Assembly: GCA_025358525.1 (NCBI GenBank)
Contig: JANYJI010000185.1
Coordinates: forward strand, 1 to 52,491
Length of the DNA: 52,491 bases
Direction of reading: 5' to 3'
Origin: Chloroflexota bacterium
GTDB lineage: Bacteria; Chloroflexota; Limnocylindria; Limnocylindrales; CSP1-4
In this document: positions 43,672 through 51,772 of the stretch, one piece after another
Numbering within the stretch: position 1 is the stretch's first letter
Layout: each line of letters starts with the position of its first letter
Program-made: the position numbers and the translations under genes
Notes under the pieces: model-generated
The model's input: the letters and a program-made list of their open reading frames with translations, nothing else
Told to the model about the DNA's origin: nothing
Databases searched by the model: none

Positions 43672-44283
43672 GTGAGCGCAGACGATCGGCTGCGCTGCTG
43701 GTGGCCAGACGGAGTCGGAGGGGCCGACCCGTTGATGCTCGCCTATCACGATGAGGAGTGGGGCGTGGCCGTAATCGAGGATCGTGATCTGTTCGAGCGT
43801 CTCGCCCTGGAAAGTTTCCAAGCCGGGCTGGCCTGGGTCACGATCCTGCGTAAGCGCGAGGCCTTCCGGCGAGCCTTCGGTGGCTTCGATCCAGCCTGCG
43901 TAGCTCGATACGTAGACGCGGACCGAGCCAGGCTCCTTGCCGATGCAGGGATCGTCAGGAACCGGGCCAAGATTGATTCCACGATCGGGAACGCGGCCGC
44001 ATTTCTGGCGGTGTCTGCTGAGTGCGGAGGCTTCGCCGCATATCTCGCTCGCCAGCTCCCCCGCCCCGCTCCGACCCTGTCCGCCAATGCGGCTGGTTGG
44101 GGCGACATCCCCGCCACCACGCCCGAGTCCGACGCGCTGTCGGCGGATCTGAAGATGCGCGGCCTGCGGTTCGTTGGCTCCACGATTGCGTACGCCTTCA
44201 TGCAGAGCGTCGGACTTGTCGACGACCATCTGCCCGGCTGCTTCCGCTACCGCGGTCGCACCCCTGCCTTCGAACAAAGGTAA
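43672..44283 (+). CDS. tag: DNA-3-methyladenine glycosylase I
   Basis: 203 aa. CWW....DPLMLAYHDEEWGV, LFERLALESFQAGLAWVTILRKREAFRRAF, IVRNRAKI and VGSTIAYAFMQSVGLVDDHLPGC. Confidence 0.9.
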   Translation: MSADDRLRCWWPDGVGGADPLMLAYHDEEWGVAVIEDRDLFERLALESFQAGLAWVTILRKREAFRRAFGGFDPACVARYVDADRARLLADAGIVRNRAKIDSTIGNAAAFLAVSAECGGFAAYLARQLPRPAPTLSANAAGWGDIPATTPESDALSADLKMRGLRFVGSTIAYAFMQSVGLVDDHLPGCFRYRGRTPAFEQR

Positions 44284-44343
44284 CCGCTGGCTCGTCAGGA
44301 CAGCCGCAGGCCCAGTCGAACGCAGTGGTGGTGAGGGAGGCTC

Positions 44344-45270
44344 ATGGGTTCTATTCGCACAGACGTTCGATTTAGAGCGTGTGGCGTTGTCGCGCTCGGC
44401 CTTCTCACAGCCAGCTCGATCGGAGGCTGCACGAACCCAGATGCCAAGGCATCCGCACTGACCGCAGCGCCCTACCGTGCGAGTGCGGCGATTGCCAGTC
44501 CGTCCAGCCTGACTTCTGTGGCCCACGGCAAGGTGATAGAGTTCGTGGCTTATGACCACTTCAAGCCCTTCGACGTCCGGGAGCGATCGGCCGTCAGGCA
44601 GGAGGGGTCAACGGTCCACGACATCACCTACGCCGGCCTGGAGGGCGATCGCTGGCAAGCCAACCTGGTCGTCCCCGATGGGCCCGGCCCCTTCCCGGCG
44701 GCCATGTATCTCCACGGCGCGGGCGGCAGTTCCAGCAGTTTCCTGACCGAGGCCGCGGCGATTGCGAAGCACGGCGTCGCGTCGCTGCTCATCACGCAGC
44801 CCGAGTTACTGCGGCTGCTGACGACAGACCAGGAGGCCTGGACCGAGATCGTTTTCGAGATGCGTGAGATGCAGCGATCCCTGGACCTACTGGCGTCCCG
44901 GCCCAAGATCGACTCAGCGCGTCTGGGGTTCGTGGGCCGCAGCTTTGGCGCTGTCCGCGGGACGACATTCTCGGGCATAGCGGGCAGCCGGCTCAAGATC
45001 GCGGTCATCATGTCGACCCCGCCGAGCTACAACGCACCCGCCCTTGCCGCGTTCGACCCGATCGCGTGGGCGCCCCATATATCGCCCGCCGCCTTCTACC
45101 TGCAAGAGGGCAACCAGGACACCTGGTTCACTCACGCCGAGGGGGAGTCGCTCATCGCCGCGGCCCGGGAACCGAAGACGCTTGTCTGGTACGACGCCAA
45201 TCACGGCCTCAACCAGCAGGCCATGGACGACCGGGTGGGCTGGCTCGTTGCCGCGCTGGGAGGTCGCTGA
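44344..45270 (+). CDS. alpha/beta-hydrolase lipoprotein (dienelactone hydrolase/peptidase S9-like)
   Basis: Signal peptide with lipobox (VVALGLLTASSIGGC). Nucleophile elbow GRSFG. HGAGGSS and YDANHG blocks. Confidence 0.72.
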   Translation: MGSIRTDVRFRACGVVALGLLTASSIGGCTNPDAKASALTAAPYRASAAIASPSSLTSVAHGKVIEFVAYDHFKPFDVRERSAVRQEGSTVHDITYAGLEGDRWQANLVVPDGPGPFPAAMYLHGAGGSSSSFLTEAAAIAKHGVASLLITQPELLRLLTTDQEAWTEIVFEMREMQRSLDLLASRPKIDSARLGFVGRSFGAVRGTTFSGIAGSRLKIAVIMSTPPSYNAPALAAFDPIAWAPHISPAAFYLQEGNQDTWFTHAEGESLIAAAREPKTLVWYDANHGLNQQAMDDRVGWLVAALGGR

Positions 45271-45400
45271 GGCAGGCGCTGGGCCCCGGTGGCGCCAGGA
45301 GAGGCCCGCTGGTCCCGGTGGCCGCTGCGGCTGCGGCGGTGCTGTGACGGCCGGTCACGGCACTTGCGCGGCTGTCTCGATCGTCAGCTAGGATCGGGGC

Positions 45401-45916
45401 ATGCAACCCGAAGAAGAGTCCGTCATCGAATACGACATCTGGCGCTGGCATACCGACGGTTCCTTCCCCAAGGACCAGTTGCCCGAACAGGGCTATGTCC
45501 ACATCGGCGTCTACCTAACCTGGCTCATCAACCACGACATGCTCGACCCAGAGTGGATCGCCCGGTCCGGGGCCAAGCGCGCTGCAGCGGCAATCACGGC
45601 CCGTGACGAGACACCCTGCGCTTTGCGGGATATAACCGACGGCCGGCTGGCGAGCGACATGCTCACAGCAGAGGGCCGGGTATTCACGGGGGCCTACTAC
45701 GCCCCTCAGTACGGTTACCCCAAGGATTGGCGCTGGGTCTTCGGTCGACGGGCGGATCGATATGACGTGCCCGATGAGTGGGATACCTACGACCGGATCG
45801 CGCGGGTCATCGACGATCGGCACACCGCCTGGGTCGAGGTCGGCCGGCCGGAGTTGATGCCGATGCCGAACCTCCTGCCGAGCTGGCTGACCTTTTGGCG
45901 GTCGAAGGGCCGCTAG
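45401..45916 (+). CDS. hypothetical protein (171 aa)
   Basis: ATG start. W/Y/D-rich globular-looking sequence (…GYVHIGVYLTWLINHDMLDPEWIARSG…GAYYAPQYGYPKDWRWVFG…). No family confidently recognised. Confidence 0.55.
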   Translation: MQPEEESVIEYDIWRWHTDGSFPKDQLPEQGYVHIGVYLTWLINHDMLDPEWIARSGAKRAAAAITARDETPCALRDITDGRLASDMLTAEGRVFTGAYYAPQYGYPKDWRWVFGRRADRYDVPDEWDTYDRIARVIDDRHTAWVEVGRPELMPMPNLLPSWLTFWRSKGR

Positions 45917-46141
45917 ACGCCCCTGACCCTCAGGCAGACAAAAGCGGCGACGCTGCCAGTCAGCCCGCGCCGCCGCATCAGCGCAATATTGCACAACTTC
46001 CGAAGGCCTGCCGGCAACGCCGACGCCAGCTCAGGGTAGCTACTCAGGAGCTTCGTTTTCGTCGCCATCCACTCCTTTGTCGATGAGGAATCGGAGGCGC
46101 TGATGTGCGGCCGCCAGGGGCACCAGCCCCATAATGCTGCC

Positions 46142-47065
46142 ATGTCCGAGCCCCACATAATCAGACGAGCGGAGGCGCCCGAGCCGTCCGCTTTGCCCAC
46201 CACTGCTCCCCTGCCCGGCCTGCACAGGGTGGAGCAGATCATGGGGACTGCGATCGGCCTGGACGTGCGCGATGCTTCCGTCAGCCCCGCCGCACTGGAC
46301 GAAGCCTTTGCGTATCTCCGCGAGATCGACGGTCGCTTCAGCCCCTACAACCCGGATAGCGAGGTCAGCCGCCTGATCCGCGGCGAGTTGATCGGGGCGG
46401 ACGCCAGTCCTGACTTGAACGAAATTCTGTCTTTGTGCGACCAGGTTCGGCGCACCAGCGAGGGCTACTTCGATATCAGGGCCCATCGGCCCGATGGCCG
46501 TCCCGATCCGACCGGGCTGGTCAAGGGCTGGTCGCTGGAGAGGGCCAGTCGGATTCTGGAGGCGGCGGGCGCGCGGAACTACTGCATCAACGGAGGCGGC
46601 GACATCGTCGCCAGCGGCGAAGCCTCGGGGAGCGGTCCCGCCCGCGGCGGAGCCGCACACGGCGAAGCCGCACACGGCGGAGCCGCACACGGACAGGCCT
46701 GGCGAGTGGGCATCCGCCACCCGTTCATCGCCGATCGCCTGGCCACCGTGCTGGCGATTCGCGACGGAGCAGTGGCCACATCCGGTGCGTACGAGCGCGG
46801 CGAGCACATCCGCAACCCCTTCACCGGCTTGCCCCCGGAGGGCCTGCTGAGTGTCACCATCGTGGGGCCCAGCCTGACTCTCGCAGATGCCTACGCCACG
46901 GCCGCATTCGCCATGGGCGAATCCGGACTGGACTGGGCGGCCGGGCTGACTGCCTTCGACGCCTGCGCCGTCACAGCTGACCAGGACGGCTCGAACGCGC
47001 GGTTGGTCTGGACTCCCGGCTTCGAGCGCTATTTCGCCGACGGCCCCCGAGTCGAAGAAGTCTGA
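46142..47065 (+). CDS. apbE: FAD:protein FMN transferase (ApbE family), no obvious signal peptide
   Basis: IMGTAIGLDV, FSPYNPDSEVSRL, DPTGLVKGWSLE, INGGGDI, WRVGIRHP, AVATSGAYER and TLADAYATAAFAMG. Start taken at ATG 46142 (MSEPHIIRR...). Confidence 0.85.
   Translation: MSEPHIIRRAEAPEPSALPTTAPLPGLHRVEQIMGTAIGLDVRDASVSPAALDEAFAYLREIDGRFSPYNPDSEVSRLIRGELIGADASPDLNEILSLCDQVRRTSEGYFDIRAHRPDGRPDPTGLVKGWSLERASRILEAAGARNYCINGGGDIVASGEASGSGPARGGAAHGEAAHGGAAHGQAWRVGIRHPFIADRLATVLAIRDGAVATSGAYERGEHIRNPFTGLPPEGLLSVTIVGPSLTLADAYATAAFAMGESGLDWAAGLTAFDACAVTADQDGSNARLVWTPGFERYFADGPRVEEV
46649..46693. repeat. in-frame 15-nt tandem repeat x3 inside apbE
   Basis: ggagccgcacacggc gaagccgcacacggc ggagccgcacacgga. 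Encodes GAAHGEAAHGGAAHG. Confidence 0.9.
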
Positions 47066-47096
47066 GTCGCTCCCCAGTGCTCCCTCGCGAGCGGAT

Positions 47097-48692
47097 CTAC
47101 CAGATGAAGGGCCTGAGGCCAAGGAAGGCCTGATCGGCGATCGTGAGCAAGTAGCCCACAAAGAGCAGGATGCCTGCCGCCAGGTGGAGCTGGATGTTCG
47201 TCGCCATCGTCGCGCTAAGCGTATCGGGGTCGGCATGGAAGCGGGCCAGACCCGCGTGAACCCTTAGGGCGAGCGGGATCGCCAGCAGGATGAGCAGCCC
47301 CGGCAGGGGCAGCTGTCCGGCCACGACACCGGCCACCACGACGACGAAGCTGGTCGCAGCCGCGACGTCCCAGGTGCGGATCACGCCCCGAGACGATAAA
47401 CGCACAGGCAGCGTGCGCTTGCCCGCCTTAATGTCGCCGGCGCGGTCATGCGTCTCGTTGACGTACAGGATCAGGGCCGCCAGCACCGCCACCGGCAGGG
47501 AAAGGAGGACGGCTTCCAGGGAGATGGAGCCACGCGACTGGACGATATAGGCGCCGAGCAGCATGACCGGCCCAAACGCGATGGCGGCGGCGATCTCGCC
47601 CAGGCCGCGCTGGACGAGCTTGAACGACGGCATGAGGTACGCGACGCTAATGAGCAGGCCCAGGGCGGCAACGACCGCCATTGCCGGCGAACCCCGCAGT
47701 ACCAGGAGGAGCAGGCCCAGGACGGCCGCCACGACATAGCAGCCGACCGCGAGCACCGGCATCCCACGCACAGCGACGACGGCGTTCTGTTGAACGCCGG
47801 AGCCGCCATTGGACTTGGTTGGCGTGGCGCTGGCACGATCGGCACCCTGCAGCGTGTCGAAGACGCCGTTCGCCACGTTCAGACCAAGGTGGACCACGCT
47901 CGCCAAGAGGAGCGTCACCACTGCCGTGAGGACGTCGAAGAAACCCACACGTGCAGCCACGACCAGACCGAGCAAGACCGGGACGAAGGTAGCGCTCATG
48001 AATGGAGCGCGGCTCATCCGATAGAGGAACAGGTCCGGCGAAAGCTTTGGCCGCACCACAAAGTGGCCCTCAGCGGAAAGGGCCTCGTAGTATCGGCGCG
48101 CCTTGGGCAGGCCACGCTGGTACGCGGCCGGCAGCGGCAGGTCGCGCTCGTCCCAGGCCCATACTCGGTTCGGCTTTATCACGAAACGACCACGCGGTCG
48201 CGCCGTGGCCACGCCCCAGACAGTGATATGCCTGCGCTCGTCGAAGCCGCCTTCCGGCAGCGGGTGGACGTGACTACCGGTGATGCCCACGGTCGACCCC
48301 GGGACTATCTTGAAGCCGGCTGGTTCAACGAAGCGGACGATCCCCTCGCTGGCCTTGACCTCGATCTCGACATCAACGTTGACCGGGTAGGCGTCGCTGG
48401 CGACCCAACTCAGGACCGCATGACGGTACTCCGAGAGCCTCACGAGACTGGCCGCGTCCACCGCATCGCCAGCCGGCGCGCCATCGGCCGCGTCATCGGC
48501 CGCGTCCCCCGAGGTTACAGCGATCGACTCAGCTGGATCGGCAACGTTCGGCTCGAGCGTTTCCTCGCGTTGGGCCGACCAGACGACCTTGGGCTCGACC
48601 GCTTCCATCGAGACCGACTCGACCGGCTCAGTCAGTCCGACGACCTTGGGCTCGACCGCCGTCCGCCGAGGCAGTCCAAACCTGAAGGTCAT
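47097..48692 (-). CDS. fusion protein: N-terminal PNPOx/split-barrel-like domain plus C-terminal MenA-like (UbiA superfamily) polyprenyltransferase
   Basis: 531 aa. C-terminal ~300 aa are polytopic, with MenA-like motifs LNVANGVFDTLQGAD and YVNETHDRAGDIKAGKRTLPVRL. Residues ~70-225 (YRHAVLSWVASDAYPVNVDVEIEV...ITVWGVATARPRGRFVIKPNRVWAWD) look like a split beta-barrel. The ATG overlaps the upstream TGA (ATGA). Confidence 0.78.
   Translation of the reverse strand: MTFRFGLPRRTAVEPKVVGLTEPVESVSMEAVEPKVVWSAQREETLEPNVADPAESIAVTSGDAADDAADGAPAGDAVDAASLVRLSEYRHAVLSWVASDAYPVNVDVEIEVKASEGIVRFVEPAGFKIVPGSTVGITGSHVHPLPEGGFDERRHITVWGVATARPRGRFVIKPNRVWAWDERDLPLPAAYQRGLPKARRYYEALSAEGHFVVRPKLSPDLFLYRMSRAPFMSATFVPVLLGLVVAARVGFFDVLTAVVTLLLASVVHLGLNVANGVFDTLQGADRASATPTKSNGGSGVQQNAVVAVRGMPVLAVGCYVVAAVLGLLLLVLRGSPAMAVVAALGLLISVAYLMPSFKLVQRGLGEIAAAIAFGPVMLLGAYIVQSRGSISLEAVLLSLPVAVLAALILYVNETHDRAGDIKAGKRTLPVRLSSRGVIRTWDVAAATSFVVVVAGVVAGQLPLPGLLILLAIPLALRVHAGLARFHADPDTLSATMATNIQLHLAAGILLFVGYLLTIADQAFLGLRPFIW
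48582..48659. repeat. 21-nt perfect direct repeat (two copies, 57-nt period) at the 5' end of the fusion gene
   Basis: gacgaccttgggctcgaccgc at 48582-48602 and 48639-48659. Encodes the duplicated AVEPKVV segment. Confidence 0.9.
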
Positions 48693-49171
48693 CGCGCCAC
48701 CTCGGCCGCGACGTTGATCTGCGGGACGCGATCGGTCCGACCATCGGGCCAGAACCAGGTCTTGCGCGGCGTCAGCTCTATCAGCGCTCGCTCGAAGATG
48801 AGCGGGAATGCCAGTCGTGATTTGAACAGTTCCTGGATCGCCGGGTCCTTGCGAGTCCAGTTGTGGTAGAGACGCTCCCAGCCGGCGTGAAGGTCATCCT
48901 CGGCAACCCGGGCGTCGCACTGGATCGTGACCCGGCCCGCCATCCTGCCCGTTGCGTCGGTGTCGGTGACCGAAAGGCTAACCCGCGGATTGCGCTTGAT
49001 GTGAGCGAGCTTGGCGCTGTCTAGGACGCTCGAGGTCACGAAGATCCGGTCGCCCCAAAGCAGCGGAATCAAGGTATAGGTGATGGGCCAGCCACCAGAC
49101 GCGACCACGGTCAGCTCACCAACTAGTGCGGCGTCGATGAGTCGAGCGACTGGATAGGACAGTGCGGGCAC
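48689..49171 (-). CDS. pyridoxamine 5'-phosphate oxidase-like (PPOX-class, possibly flavin/deazaflavin-dependent) protein
   Basis: 160 aa. GTG start preceded by GGAGG at 5-nt spacing. LTVVASGGWPITYTLIPLLWGDRIFVTSSVLDSAKLAHIKRNPRVSLSV fits the PPOX-class pattern (dG.P...p......g..l.f.t....K..nl..nPrvsl.v). Confidence 0.75.
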   Translation of the reverse strand: MPALSYPVARLIDAALVGELTVVASGGWPITYTLIPLLWGDRIFVTSSVLDSAKLAHIKRNPRVSLSVTDTDATGRMAGRVTIQCDARVAEDDLHAGWERLYHNWTRKDPAIQELFKSRLAFPLIFERALIELTPRKTWFWPDGRTDRVPQINVAAEVAR

Positions 49172-49252
49172 GTCGACCTCCGAGCACGGAACGCCTGCTG
49201 GCTGACCAGCATTGTACGGAACACATGCCCGCCGACGTCGATGGGGAACTCC

Positions 49253-49975
49253 CTAGCGAGTCCGGTCGCGATCGGGAGACCCGCCGAATAGCCGAACCGA
49301 GGCAGCCGCGGCCTCCTGTTGCTCGCGGGTTATGAGGTGTCGACGATCCGAAGTGCTGTTGTGGGCATAGTCGGCGAGTGCCTTCTGGAGAACGTCGAGA
49401 CGCTTGAGTTGGATGGCAACGATGGCCAACCAGCGCTGCTGGACGTCCTTGGGGCTGACCGCCGCCGCCAACCATAGGGAGTTGACGTCGTCGAGGCATA
49501 TTTCGCCGGTCCCAAGCCCGGTGGACCAGGCCCCGTCAGCCGAGAGCTGGAGCAATCGCCTGACCGCTGCTCCGGACGCCTCCGTGACCCGCACGCAGAC
49601 GGGGCACCTGGGATTGCCGAGCTCGGCCAGACCGCGTCCCTGGCCGGAGGCGTCGCTCCCAGTCAGCTTCTTGAGGGCGGCCAGGCGACGGCGGAGGATG
49701 GCATCAAGGAGAACGGCCGTGGCGAGCTGGCTGCTGGTCTGGAGCAGCTCCATCCTGGAGAGACTGACGCTGTGGGGCTGGCAGAAGCCCACGCCCTTGT
49801 CGATTTGGTCCCGGAATCCGCGATCCGTGGCGCCCTCACGGGCGAGGCCTCGCAAGGCTGCATAGCTCGCTTCCTGGCGGGCGTCGCAGATCGGACAGCG
49901 GCCGCGCTCCAGGGCCTCAGCCAGGCGGATCTCCTCGAAGTCGCGCGCAGGCAGCTTGCCGGGTTGGGTCGTCAT
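49253..49975 (-). CDS. Cys-rich hypothetical protein with two CPxC motifs (resembles what I recall as the DUF6062 family)
   Basis: 240 aa from ATG 49975 (MTTQPGKLPARDFEEIRLAEALERGRCPICDARQEA...LGNPRCPVCVRV...). The track ORF extends to 50290, but that N-terminal part is R/G/P-rich. Confidence 0.62.
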   Translation of the reverse strand: MTTQPGKLPARDFEEIRLAEALERGRCPICDARQEASYAALRGLAREGATDRGFRDQIDKGVGFCQPHSVSLSRMELLQTSSQLATAVLLDAILRRRLAALKKLTGSDASGQGRGLAELGNPRCPVCVRVTEASGAAVRRLLQLSADGAWSTGLGTGEICLDDVNSLWLAAAVSPKDVQQRWLAIVAIQLKRLDVLQKALADYAHNSTSDRRHLITREQQEAAAASVRLFGGSPDRDRTR

Positions 49976-50151
49976 ACCCGACAGCCTAACGCGCCACCGG
50001 GCCCGACGCGTCGCCGTCTGCGGAACGCCCAGCCGCGGCGCGTCATCACCGCATGGGTGACACCGAAGCCGAGCAGGCACCAGATCGCCACCGTGACGAA
50101 GGCCCCGACCGGTAAGCCGAACTCGTTTGGGGCGATCATGCCCCTCGTCAT
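49972..50151 (-). CDS. possible small membrane protein (55-59 aa) translationally coupled to the Cys-rich protein gene
   Basis: MTRGMIAPNEFGLPVGAFVTVAIWCLLGFGVTHAVMTRRGWAFRRRRRVGPGGALGCRV: one hydrophobic helix, then a poly-Arg tail. Its TGA overlaps the downstream ATG (ATGA). No convincing SD, and the start (50151 or 50139) is uncertain. Confidence 0.35.
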   Translation of the reverse strand: MTRGMIAPNEFGLPVGAFVTVAIWCLLGFGVTHAVMTRRGWAFRRRRRVGPGGALGCRV

Positions 50152-50358
50152 CTCGCCCACGGCCTGGATCGGCGGGCTGCGTAGATGACCTGGGGCTTCC
50201 AGACCAGGAGCCTGGGCCAATCCAGCACCACGTCGACTGGGCCCGTTCCGACCGCCCGCCGAACCCGTTTGTTGAGATCGGCTGACTCATCTGGTCGCGG
50301 GGTATAGATTCGGTGTGGCGAGCGAGGCGCCAGCCCGCACGATCCGCTCGGAGGCCAG

Positions 50359-50946
50359 ATGGCTCGACGCATCTTCAACTTCGAAAACCCCGATCGGTTC
50401 GTGGCCGGCACCATCGGCCAGCCTGGCAATCGCGCCTTCTACTTGCAGGCGCGCGACGGCAGCCGAATCGTTTCCGTCCTGGTCGAGAAGGTCCAGGTGG
50501 AGCTGCTCGCAGAACGCCTGCATCAGCTGCTGGCCGAAGTTCGGGCCCGCGGGGCCGGCGTTCCGGAAGAGCCTGTGGCCTCAGATATCGATACGGCCGC
50601 CTTGGATGAGCCCCTGAACGAGGCCTTCCGGGCCGGCACCATGGCGATCATTTGGGACGGCGACGGCGAGTCGATCTTCGTTGAAGTCAGAGCCATGTCC
50701 GAAGACGAGCAGTCCGAATCTTTCGAGGCCGAGAGCGAGGCCGAGGACTTGGAGGCTGAGGACGTGGAGGCTGAGGACGACACATCTGATGTCGTGCGGA
50801 TCCACCTACAGCCCAGCAGAGCGCTCGCGTTCGCCAAGCAAGCCCTGGACGTGGTGGCCTCGGGACGACCGCCTTGCCCGTTCTGCGGCCAGCCGCTGAA
50901 CCCTGAGGGCCACATCTGCGCCCGCCGAAACGGGTTCATGCATTAA
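50359..50946 (+). CDS. DUF3090-family protein (Actinobacteria/Chloroflexi-type conserved hypothetical)
   Basis: 195 aa, with GGAGG 5 nt upstream. FENPDRFVAGTIGQPGNRAFYLQA...VEKVQV..L and a C-terminal GRPPCPFCGQPLNPEGHICARRNG knuckle, as I recall for this family. Acidic insertion SEDEQSESFEAESEAEDLEAEDVEAEDD. Confidence 0.8.
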   Translation: MARRIFNFENPDRFVAGTIGQPGNRAFYLQARDGSRIVSVLVEKVQVELLAERLHQLLAEVRARGAGVPEEPVASDIDTAALDEPLNEAFRAGTMAIIWDGDGESIFVEVRAMSEDEQSESFEAESEAEDLEAEDVEAEDDTSDVVRIHLQPSRALAFAKQALDVVASGRPPCPFCGQPLNPEGHICARRNGFMH

Positions 50947-50950
50947 GTCG

Positions 50951-51772
50951 ATGACCGAAGAAATCGACGCATTGGCTGGCCTGGGGTTGACCCGGTCCGA
51001 GATGGAGGCCGCGGCTCTCGCAGGTCGCCAGGTGGCTGGTCGGCTCGACAAGTCGACCGCACTCCAACTCCTACGCGAAGGCGAGTTGATCGTCGTCGGG
51101 CGGCTGATGACGGCCTCGAACGCCACTTTCTTCGCCATAGTCGCTGGCGGAGCCCCCGATCCGGGACCGAGTAACTTCGCGAGTTGCGTCTACAAACCGA
51201 CCCGGGGCGAGCGACCGCTCTACGACTTCCCCGATGGAACCCTCGCCTGCCGTGAGGTGGCAGCCCATGCCGTTTCCGAGGCGAGTGGCTGGGACATAGT
51301 GCCGCCCACGGTCATGCGGGACGGGCCATTCGGAGAAGGGATGGTCCAGCTCTGGGTCGAAGTCGACGAGTCGGTCGACATCGGCGACCTGATCTCATCA
51401 GACAACCCGGCCCTGCGCCGGATCGCGGTTCTGGATACGGTCCTGAACAACGCGGACCGAAAGGGCGGCCATCTTCTGCCCCTCCCCGACGGACGCATCC
51501 TGGGCATAGACAACGGCCTGTGTTTCGCCGTCGAGCCGAAGCTGCGGACGGTTCTGTGGCGCTGGCGGGGCCAGCCCCTGACCGACGACGAGTGCGCCGT
51601 GCTGTCAGACCTGCGGGAGCAGCTGGCGGGCGTCCTGCGGCAGCAACTGCGGCCACTTCTGACAGCCCACGAAGTGAAAGCCACGGCCCGGCGAATCGAT
51701 GACTTGCTCGCCAGCGGGCGCCTCCCCCGCCCGGACAGAAACCGACCGGCCATTCCGTGGCCACCCTATTAG
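50951..51772 (+). CDS. SCO1664-family protein (PI3/PI4-kinase-like fold)
   Basis: 273 aa. CVYKPTRGERPLYDFPDGTLACREVAAH, VLNNADRKGGHLL (catalytic-loop-like) and GIDNGLCF (DFG-like). Lies immediately after the DUF3090 gene, as in the conserved pair. Confidence 0.8.
   Translation: MTEEIDALAGLGLTRSEMEAAALAGRQVAGRLDKSTALQLLREGELIVVGRLMTASNATFFAIVAGGAPDPGPSNFASCVYKPTRGERPLYDFPDGTLACREVAAHAVSEASGWDIVPPTVMRDGPFGEGMVQLWVEVDESVDIGDLISSDNPALRRIAVLDTVLNNADRKGGHLLPLPDGRILGIDNGLCFAVEPKLRTVLWRWRGQPLTDDECAVLSDLREQLAGVLRQQLRPLLTAHEVKATARRIDDLLASGRLPRPDRNRPAIPWPPY

Noticed and set aside
43432-44559. 375-aa minus-strand ORF covering tag
   Set aside because: The plus-strand 203-aa product is a clear 3-methyladenine glycosylase I. 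The minus-strand product is R/G/P-rich and spans two intergenic regions.
45913-46067. 51-aa minus-strand ORF (MATKTKLLSSYPELASALPAGLRKLCNIALMRRRGL...) preceded by AAAGGAG
   Set aside because: The SD-to-ATG spacing is only 3 nt, the codon third-position GC is lower than in the real genes, and there is no recognisable fold or conservation evidence. It might be real, but it is unsupported.
46040-48869. 398-aa minus-strand ORF opposite apbE and 473-aa plus-strand ORF opposite the PPOX::MenA-like fusion
   Set aside because: Both are shadow ORFs of genes with clear family motifs and have low-complexity composition.
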